Source: Clostridiales bacterium
GTDB taxonomy: Bacteria; Bacillota; Clostridia; Lachnospirales; Vallitaleaceae
Direction: 5' to 3'
NCBI GenBank assembly: GCA_024636985.1
Contig: JAGXFY010000045.1
Coordinates: 3,368 to 67,367 of the forward strand
DNA: 64,000 nucleotides
The translations under genes were made by a program, and so were the position numbers. Shown here one piece after another: positions 26,578 to 34,122 of the stretch; within the stretch, counting starts at the first letter, position 1, and each line of letters opens with the position of its first letter. A model generated the notes under the pieces. It worked only from the letters and a program-made list of their open reading frames with translations, was not told the DNA's origin and did no database searches.

Positions 26578-28305
26578 ATGAGCCATGAGATTTTTTATGC
26601 AACATTTTTTTATACTTTATCAGCCTTTATATCTATCGCAATCAACGCAATTTTTTATTTAAAGGCAAGAAAAAGTAATCTATTATTCATGTTTTTAAAA
26701 GCGCAAGGACTGATGCTACTTTGGCTGTTTGCCAAAGTTATGACAAAGACGGTACCAAGCAATGAAGATGCTTGGATATGGGTAATCATCCAATACATCG
26801 GTGTTTGTTATTTTGGTACAGTATTTTTTGAATTTATATATTATTATAAGAAATTCAAAATGCCATCACATAATATCAGAATCCTGATATATGGCCTACC
26901 AACCATTAATTTTCTGATGGTGTTGACCAATAAATATCATTATTTATTTTTTACATCGGTCACCATATACCAGAACAGCTATGGATTCTGGTTCTATATT
27001 CATACTGCCTTCAGTTACATAATGGTAGCAATTTCTTATTATCTTTTGATTCGAATACTAATAGACAGAAAAAATGAGATCTCATGGATACAGAATATCC
27101 TTTTCAATCTAGGTCTGCTATTACCAATTGTAGCGAATATTATTCATGTTTTCCGCTTGATAGAGATTGGATTTGATATCACGCCAATCATGTTTAACAT
27201 TACTTTGGCAATTTTTGGATATGTTGCCTATCGCTATCGGTTTTTGGATATAAAAATGGTAACAAGATCCATGATCCTAGGAAATATTCATGAAGGTATT
27301 ATTATTATGGACAACGACCGAAGAATCGTTGAGAAAAACAACATTATTGAGGATATTACCCAAAGTCACGAAAAACTTAAGCTTATTGAAACGATCGACG
27401 ATTTCATTGAAATTGTACGTCCTAAAATAGAAGATTTTGAAATCTTGCATCAAGATATAAGCAGGTGTCTTGATACCAATGAAAACAGATTATCTACAGA
27501 ATTTAGAATGTTAGTTCATAATGAATGGCATTGTTATATTCTAAAGCTTGAGAAAATTATAGACCATTCTAAAGACACCATCGGCTATGTGTTTAGAATT
27601 ATTGATATCACCAAATACAAATCATTACTGATGAGCTTAGAAGCCAAAAACAAGGATCTACAAGTGGTCAATCGGCAACTTTCCGATTACCTTACCATAA
27701 CGAAGCAATTAGCAATTGCGAAAGAAAGAAATAGAATATCTAAAGAAGTCCATGATATTTTAGGTCACTCCGTTACCCTAGTCATTTCACTTCTGGAAAG
27801 TTGTAAGTATAACATTGGTAGAAATACAGATTTCCTCAAAGAGAAAACCACTCAAAGCAAAGCCATTATCAGAGGTGGTTTTCTAGAATTGAAAAAATCC
27901 ATGAACAGTCAATTAAAAGACGACATAGATATCAACAGTCTTATTGATGATTTACAGCGGCTCATCGATGATTATGAAAAATCCGGCGTAAACGTTGATT
28001 TTTACTACAAGCGAGCAGATTTTAAGTTGACAATGCAAGTCTATGATGGCTTGTATAGAATATGCCAAGAAGCGCTGACCAATGCATTAAAACATGGGAA
28101 TGCAAAAAACATAACCATACGTATCAAATATATAGCTAGAACGATGGACTTGGTCATCATTGATGATGGAACTGGATCGCCGAAGGTTATAAAAGGTAAT
28201 GGGTTAAAAGGCATGGAAACGAGGGTGGCGGATTTGTCTGGATTCTTATCTTTTGGGTCACCGGATGGTGAGGGCTTTAATATTCATGCAGTTTTGCCGA
28301 TATAA
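26578..28305 (+). CDS. 7TM sensor histidine kinase (HisKA_3 + HATPase)
   Basis: ERNRISKEVHDILGHS; EALTNALKHG, IDDGTG, GNGLKGM boxes. Confidence 0.92.
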   Translation: MSHEIFYATFFYTLSAFISIAINAIFYLKARKSNLLFMFLKAQGLMLLWLFAKVMTKTVPSNEDAWIWVIIQYIGVCYFGTVFFEFIYYYKKFKMPSHNIRILIYGLPTINFLMVLTNKYHYLFFTSVTIYQNSYGFWFYIHTAFSYIMVAISYYLLIRILIDRKNEISWIQNILFNLGLLLPIVANIIHVFRLIEIGFDITPIMFNITLAIFGYVAYRYRFLDIKMVTRSMILGNIHEGIIIMDNDRRIVEKNNIIEDITQSHEKLKLIETIDDFIEIVRPKIEDFEILHQDISRCLDTNENRLSTEFRMLVHNEWHCYILKLEKIIDHSKDTIGYVFRIIDITKYKSLLMSLEAKNKDLQVVNRQLSDYLTITKQLAIAKERNRISKEVHDILGHSVTLVISLLESCKYNIGRNTDFLKEKTTQSKAIIRGGFLELKKSMNSQLKDDIDINSLIDDLQRLIDDYEKSGVNVDFYYKRADFKLTMQVYDGLYRICQEALTNALKHGNAKNITIRIKYIARTMDLVIIDDGTGSPKVIKGNGLKGMETRVADLSGFLSFGSPDGEGFNIHAVLPI

Positions 28306-28393
28306 TATAGAGTTTTTGTGTTCGGACAACAGTGGCATATAAGAATATAAGGCATTAAGCCTAGTATAAGTAAATAGTACTAGTTTATTGCGG

Positions 28394-28422
28394 TTGTACT
28401 ACCATCTTATCTGTACTATAAT
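28394..28422 (+). promoter_or_regulatory. SigA-type promoter for the 28524-31266 module
   Basis: TTGTAC, 17 bp, TATAAT; overlapped by an imperfect inverted repeat CCATCTTATCT...AGATAGGCAAGATGG. Confidence 0.55.
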
Positions 28423-28523
28423 TTAGATAGGCAAGATGGGAAACTATTCCAGTACTGAAGCAAGGCAAGATTTTATTGTTTTTGCAGGAACTGGAATGAC
28501 GTTTATTGAGTTAGGGGAGAAAT

Positions 28524-29153
28524 ATGAATATAGAATCTATAGAAAGATATCTGCAAAAAGTTCAATCCGTTCTTGGCTGTAAGATTACATTAGATCAAGA
28601 GGATAAAATCAGTGAGATCCATATTGTATCTGATCTTAGGCGAAGTCCTAAGCAAATCCTTCGTGATATTGAAGCCATCATGATTTCCGAATTCGATATT
28701 AATATTGATTATAAAAAGGTATCCATCGCTCAGATACAGAGCGGTTCTCTTAAGTTGGACCAAGATCCTAGGCTCAAGCTTAAGTTGATAGAGTATAATA
28801 ACAACGGTTCCAATGTCACCGTAAAAGTTGCTTTGGAAAAACAAGGAGAAATCTACGAAAGTGAGTTATTAGGTGTACATACGGCCAACAATTTTAAAAG
28901 GTTGATTGGTGCAGTGGTACTTAAGGCGGTAGAGAAATATTGTGATGCTACCGATGTATTTGTTTTCGAAGATGTTAAGAAAGTACACTTGGCCAACATG
29001 GAGGTGATGGTCGTTGCCATGACCTCAGTCTTTAATGGTTCGGAAGAGATATTCACCGGAACGGCCAAGATTCAAAACGACAGCAATGAAGCCATTGCTA
29101 GAGCCACCCTAGATGCGGTGAACCGTCATATTTTGCATCTGGATTTAATTTAA
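28524..29153 (+). CDS. Conserved hypothetical cytoplasmic protein; C-terminal part resembles the LeuA allosteric domain
   Basis: 209 aa, SD GGGGAG; repeated alpha/beta units ending GTAKIQNDSNEAIARATLDAVNR. Confidence 0.7.
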   Translation: MNIESIERYLQKVQSVLGCKITLDQEDKISEIHIVSDLRRSPKQILRDIEAIMISEFDINIDYKKVSIAQIQSGSLKLDQDPRLKLKLIEYNNNGSNVTVKVALEKQGEIYESELLGVHTANNFKRLIGAVVLKAVEKYCDATDVFVFEDVKKVHLANMEVMVVAMTSVFNGSEEIFTGTAKIQNDSNEAIARATLDAVNRHILHLDLI

Positions 29154-29264
29154 TTAATAGCCGACTAAATCATACAGCAACAACTTTTTTATCTAGAGGA
29201 GCGGAATATAGCCTGCTATTCATAGTGGATATAGCAGAGATCATAAAATGGAGGCTATATTTCA

Positions 29265-29357
29265 ATGAAAAATATAAAAGTTAGAGCAATGGCTACTATC
29301 GTTAGTTTAGTATCATTCCTTCTTGCATCAGGTGCACTTTGGAGCGTGACTAAATAA
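29265..29357 (+). CDS. Unannotated 30-aa signal-peptide-like ORF (MKNIKVRAMATIVSLVSFLLASGALWSVTK)
   Basis: SD GGAGG at 29250-29254, ATG 29265, TAA 29355-29357; basic N-region, hydrophobic core, short Trp-containing tail; too short for the ORF track. Confidence 0.75.
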   Translation: MKNIKVRAMATIVSLVSFLLASGALWSVTK

Positions 29358-29419
29358 TACAGTACAGCAAATGATAAAGTAATGGGTTTAGTCGGCTTTT
29401 AATAGTTTTGGAGGCAATA

Positions 29420-30724
29420 ATGAATAAGCTAAAAGGCTTTATTTTAATAGTATCAGCAATTGCCCTTCTCATATACTTTTACATGTTTGGAAGGTATGAG
29501 ATCTCTTATGAGGGTCTTATTTTTTGGGGTCTTTTGGCGATTGTTTCAGAGACGTTTGTAATTGTATTACCTAATGGTGCTTCAACTTCTGTGGGTATGG
29601 CTGTTTACTTAGCCACACTTATAACAATTAATCCCCTTGTAGCCGTCATGGTTTCGGGAATTGCTTTCATATTACGCTTACCAACAGTAGATGGGAAGCG
29701 TAAACATGTAATTAATATGGGTCTAGGAATCACTGCTTATAATATTGCTAGTCATACTATCTTTATCGGAATGATGGGAGCAGCCTATAATTATTTGGTT
29801 CATGAAAATACATCGTTCAATATGATTGCAATTATTGCATTGGTGCTTCTAAGCTTGACGGAATTGGTTAGTATTATATTCATTTCTTTATATTTCCGCT
29901 TTGATGAATCTCCAAGAAATATTCAGTTGATAAAAAGCTTTCTAGGCGCTTTACCAAGTACTTTTGCTGTAGGTTCCTTAGGTATTTTGTTGGCTTTTGC
30001 AGAACTAAACTATGGTAAGGTGATTGTTGCCCTGTTCTTCATACCTCTACTCCTCGCAAGATATTCTTTTAAACTTTATTTTGATTCCCAGAAGATGAGC
30101 ATGGAAACCATTCAAGCCTTGAATGAAGCACTATTAATGCGAGATGCTTATACAAGTGGACACGCCACAAGGGTGGAGCGGTATTCTGCTATCTTGGCGA
30201 AAGCTTTAAAATATTTACCAAATGAAATGGAAAACCTTCAAAAAGCAGCCAAACTCCATGATATAGGCAAGATTGGCATACCCGATGAAATCCTAAACAA
30301 AAGCGGTAAGTTATCAGAGGATGAATATAGTAAAATAAAGGATCATTCTGCCATGGGTGCCCAGATTCTTAGTAATGTGGATGCACTTAAAAAGATTTCT
30401 GAAGCAGTAAAATACCATCACGAAAGACCGGACGGAAAAGGCTATCCTGAAGGCTTAATTGGCGATACTATTCCAAGGGATGCTGCCATCCTTTCTATCG
30501 CAGACACCTTTGACGCCATGACGACTGACCGACCTTATCGTAAAGCACTAACACTAGACGAAGCTGTTGAGGAATTGATTCTTTATCGTGGTACTCAGTT
30601 TAACGCCAGTCTTGTAGGTATTGTCTTAGAACATATAGAAGAATTCAGAGTAATCCTTGAGGAAAGCCAAGAGGATGTACGGGATATTTATTATAACGAA
30701 GCCTTAAGTGAGGTTAGTGTATGA
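29420..30724 (+). CDS. Membrane-bound HD-GYP phosphodiesterase (probable c-di-GMP)
   Basis: Multi-TM N-terminal half; RDAYTSGH, LHDIGK, HHERPDGKGYP, IADTFDAMTTDRPYR; ATG 29420 after GGAGG. Confidence 0.92.
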   Translation: MNKLKGFILIVSAIALLIYFYMFGRYEISYEGLIFWGLLAIVSETFVIVLPNGASTSVGMAVYLATLITINPLVAVMVSGIAFILRLPTVDGKRKHVINMGLGITAYNIASHTIFIGMMGAAYNYLVHENTSFNMIAIIALVLLSLTELVSIIFISLYFRFDESPRNIQLIKSFLGALPSTFAVGSLGILLAFAELNYGKVIVALFFIPLLLARYSFKLYFDSQKMSMETIQALNEALLMRDAYTSGHATRVERYSAILAKALKYLPNEMENLQKAAKLHDIGKIGIPDEILNKSGKLSEDEYSKIKDHSAMGAQILSNVDALKKISEAVKYHHERPDGKGYPEGLIGDTIPRDAAILSIADTFDAMTTDRPYRKALTLDEAVEELILYRGTQFNASLVGIVLEHIEEFRVILEESQEDVRDIYYNEALSEVSV

Positions 30725-31266
30725 TTATTGAAAGCATCGTTCTCTCAATCCTTATAGGGTGGATTCGAAAAGGCAAATTGAGATATTTGGGCTCAATTGA
30801 GATTAAAGGCATTTACCTGTTTTTTATAGGTGGCTTATTTCAAATATTACTTTTTGCTATGGCGGATGAACAAGGAAGCGGCATCGTACGTATGCTCTAT
30901 GACCATTTTTATGTTTTACATTTATTAACTTATGTCATTATCATGGTACCGATTTTTCTCAACTTGAAGTGGCGAGGTCTGAATCTAATGGGTCTTGGAA
31001 CATTACTTAATCTAATACCTATTGCAGCCAACCAAGGAAGAATGCCGGTAGCACTTCCGGCACCCTATACGCCCAACTTTGATCTGGGCCATGTGTTGCT
31101 TGAGTCCGGCACCAGATTCAAGATGTTATCGGATGTTATTTTTATAGGTCCCCCTTACCCGATGCCAAAGATTATGAGTGTCGGCGATTTACTGATTATG
31201 GCAGGTGTATTTTGGCTTATACAAAGTGCAATGATGCTAGAAAAACCAAATCAAAAATCAATGTAG
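30721..31266 (+). CDS. DUF5317-like membrane protein with LspA-like aspartate motifs
   Basis: GTLLNL...NQGRMPV, LSD138VI and SVGD156LLIMAG; ATGA-coupled to the HD-GYP gene. Confidence 0.75.
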   Translation: MIIESIVLSILIGWIRKGKLRYLGSIEIKGIYLFFIGGLFQILLFAMADEQGSGIVRMLYDHFYVLHLLTYVIIMVPIFLNLKWRGLNLMGLGTLLNLIPIAANQGRMPVALPAPYTPNFDLGHVLLESGTRFKMLSDVIFIGPPYPMPKIMSVGDLLIMAGVFWLIQSAMMLEKPNQKSM

Positions 31267-31300
31267 AATCAGGTAATGAATCCATATAGAATAAAATCTA

Positions 31301-31330
31301 AAGACCGACAGAAAAAAGTCAGGTCTTTTT
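31301..31330 (+). terminator. Terminator closing the peptide/HD-GYP module
   Basis: AGACC-GAC...GTC-A-GGTCT followed by TTTT. Confidence 0.6.
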
Positions 31331-31395
31331 AATTGTTTTGTAATAAAGTATGGTGCAAGATATGATAGAATAAGTTTTAAGTGAGGAGTGATGGC

Positions 31396-33129
31396 TTGTT
31401 AAAACTTTTAAGAGTAACAGCTTTGATTATTGTATTTCTTTTGGTTGGTTTTGGAACCAACTTTTTTATAATGAAAAATGTCGATGAGACATATTTAATA
31501 GCGCCCAATATGACCATGGAGCCGGTTGAGAACCTGATGACCGGCCTAAGTGAGGAAGAAACCCTAGTCATTATGGAAAATAAGATGATTGAGCTTGACC
31601 ATTATCCTAGATATGTGGATGATGTTGTTTATGTTCCAATCACATTTGTTATGGACTATTTTAATGATGGCTTCTACTGGGACAATGAGGAAAAAATACT
31701 AACCTATACCACATTAAAAGACGTTATTCGTATGGAAACAAACGCCTTAACCTACTTTGTGAACAAAGACCCCATCTCCCTTGAGATTCCTATCAGAGAG
31801 TTGGTGGCAGACATTCCGTTTATGCCATTGGAACTGGTTAAAAAATTTGCCCACCACGACTTTTATTACGATGGTACAATTGATACTTTGACCATTGAAG
31901 ATAAGAGCTTAGATGGGACTTATGGTATCGTGTCCCCAAGTACTCAAGAATATGGTGTTATCCGTTCTTGGAAAGATAAGAAGAGTACAGTGGTCAAAAA
32001 AGCAGCAAGAGGAGAAGAAGTAAAGATTTATGAGGATGACGGCATATGGCAACAAGTGCGAACCAAAGAAGGCTTAATTGGGTATATCCGTAAAGATGAA
32101 ATGGGAGAAGAGCGACATATTGCAGGAGAGCCTGTGGTCAGAGAAATCTATAATTATGATACAAGACCAACTTTTGACGGGGCCCTAAACCTAGCATGGC
32201 ATCAGGTGACCAATTCAACAGCCAACCGCTACTTAGAGGATGTGCTTGAAGGTGTACATGGTCTGAATGTCATATCACCGACCTGGCTTCATATAAAAGA
32301 CTCAGAAGGTAATATAACCAATATTGCTGACCTGGATTATGTGAATAAAGCCCATGCCAGGGGCATACAAGTTTGGGCTTTATTTTCAAATCAGTTTGAT
32401 CGTAAGTTGACCCATGAGGTATTAAGCAGCACAACTAAAAGAGAAAAATTGATTAGGGAGTTACTGGCTTTATCCGCTCTTTATAACCTTGATGGTATCA
32501 ATGTAGACTTTGAAAATGTCGGACAGGAAGATGGAATCTACTTTATTCAGTTTATCAAAGAATTAACCCCTTATCTTAAAAACCAAGGCTTGGTGGTCTC
32601 GGTGGATATGTATGTACCTTCACAATGGACGGCTCACTATGGACGAAAAGAAATTGGTGAGATTGTAGATTATGTTATGATTATGGCTTATGATGAGCAT
32701 TGGTCGACTTCACCGGATAGTGGTTCAGTTGCCAGTATTGGATTTGTAGAAAAGGGTATTATTGATACACTTAAAGAAGTACCAAAAGAGAAGACGGTAC
32801 TTGGACTGCCTTACTATACGAGACGGTGGACAGAAGAAGTTGTCGACGGCGAGATAAAAGTATCATCAAGGGCTTATGGTATGGACACAGCTTATAAAAT
32901 CATGACTGAAGAAGGTGTGACATTCAGATGGTTAGATGACATTAAGCAATACTATGGAGAATATGAAAAAGATGGTAAGACCTATAAAATGTGGTTGGAA
33001 GAAGAACAATCCATTGAAGAAAAAGTAAAGTTGCTTTCCAAGCATCAATTAGTGGGTGTGGCCGGATGGAAGATTGGCTTAGAAAAAGAGGCCATTTGGG
33101 ATGTTCTAAGAAAACACCTTGTACCATAA
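31396..33129 (+). CDS. GH18 glycosyl hydrolase with N-terminal membrane anchor and SH3b-like domain (cell-wall/chitin hydrolase type)
   Basis: LDGINVDFE catalytic motif; IMAYDEHW; WQQVRTKEGLIGYI SH3-like segment; TTG at 31396 fits the SD better than GTG at 31381. Confidence 0.85.
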   Translation: MLKLLRVTALIIVFLLVGFGTNFFIMKNVDETYLIAPNMTMEPVENLMTGLSEEETLVIMENKMIELDHYPRYVDDVVYVPITFVMDYFNDGFYWDNEEKILTYTTLKDVIRMETNALTYFVNKDPISLEIPIRELVADIPFMPLELVKKFAHHDFYYDGTIDTLTIEDKSLDGTYGIVSPSTQEYGVIRSWKDKKSTVVKKAARGEEVKIYEDDGIWQQVRTKEGLIGYIRKDEMGEERHIAGEPVVREIYNYDTRPTFDGALNLAWHQVTNSTANRYLEDVLEGVHGLNVISPTWLHIKDSEGNITNIADLDYVNKAHARGIQVWALFSNQFDRKLTHEVLSSTTKREKLIRELLALSALYNLDGINVDFENVGQEDGIYFIQFIKELTPYLKNQGLVVSVDMYVPSQWTAHYGRKEIGEIVDYVMIMAYDEHWSTSPDSGSVASIGFVEKGIIDTLKEVPKEKTVLGLPYYTRRWTEEVVDGEIKVSSRAYGMDTAYKIMTEEGVTFRWLDDIKQYYGEYEKDGKTYKMWLEEEQSIEEKVKLLSKHQLVGVAGWKIGLEKEAIWDVLRKHLVP

Positions 33130-33209
33130 ATAAATCAAGCAACCAGCCAAAGTATTCTAAGCATAAGAGGTACGATGGGATAAAGTTGTGTGAAAAATAG
33201 GCGGGCGGT

Positions 33210-34049
33210 ATGAAACAATTAAGGGCTATTATGGAGTGTATACTACTTCTGGGTATTGTATATCTCATATATGAAATCATGTATTTTGCATACAACTATA
33301 TTATTTTTTACGGCTTACAACAAGAGTGGGTATGGATTCCCATTGAAGCTTATGCACATCTAGGAGACATAGAAAGTATGACCTTAGAATATGTAAGCGA
33401 CCATCCTCTGGAATATACCCTAATAAGTTGGTTGATGGTTGCATGTTTTTTTCTAAGCGTCGTCATTTTTTCAAAACAAAAATTAAGTCAAACATTTGCT
33501 ATAAGACATATGAGCATAAAAAACAGCTTAACAAGTATGGTAACAGGCATTGGCTTGGTTTTTTTGATGAACGGCTTGATTAGATTTATTAGCGCAGCGA
33601 CAGATATTGAATTTTCATATTTAAGTTCTTCAACATTCCGAGTTTATAATTTGTGGTTTCTCATGGTGGTGGTTGGTATATTAACACCAATTTTTGAAGA
33701 GCTATTCTTTAGAGGCGTGGTACTGAGCAGATTGTCACATGGATTTGGTCCATTGGTTAGCATCTTATTGTCAAGTGTGATGTTCTCCCTTAGTCATATG
33801 AATCCGGTTCAGAGCATCTATGTTTTCCCGGTGGGGCTACTAGCGGCCTACTTGGTTTATAAAACCGGTTCCATTTTTTCGGCGATTTGGTTACATACGC
33901 TATACAATATTTTGAATATTTATCTTGCTAAGATTGATTTTTTTCAGTACAATAGTGTACAGCTTTTAGTCTTAATGCTTATAGGAATATGTCTCCTTGG
34001 AATTGGACTTTATCAATCAGAAGCGCAAAATGCTATAGAAAATCCTTAA
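33210..34049 (+). CDS. CPBP (CAAX/Abi) intramembrane metalloprotease
   Basis: EELFFRG, FSLSH and HTLYN motifs. Confidence 0.9.
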   Translation: MKQLRAIMECILLLGIVYLIYEIMYFAYNYIIFYGLQQEWVWIPIEAYAHLGDIESMTLEYVSDHPLEYTLISWLMVACFFLSVVIFSKQKLSQTFAIRHMSIKNSLTSMVTGIGLVFLMNGLIRFISAATDIEFSYLSSSTFRVYNLWFLMVVVGILTPIFEELFFRGVVLSRLSHGFGPLVSILLSSVMFSLSHMNPVQSIYVFPVGLLAAYLVYKTGSIFSAIWLHTLYNILNIYLAKIDFFQYNSVQLLVLMLIGICLLGIGLYQSEAQNAIENP

Positions 34050-34122
34050 TGGATTTATTTTTCCCAAAAGTATGTTATAATTATACAGGACAATAATCCG
34101 AGTGCATAGAATACGGTGACCA

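Noticed and set aside
29265-29357. The 30-aa peptide as a classical AgrD precursor or type I toxin
   Set aside because: It has no ring-forming Cys or acidic/QP-type tail and no AgrB nearby; there is no Fst-like motif or evident convergent antitoxin unit. A toxin role is not fully excluded given the long-range RNA pairing.
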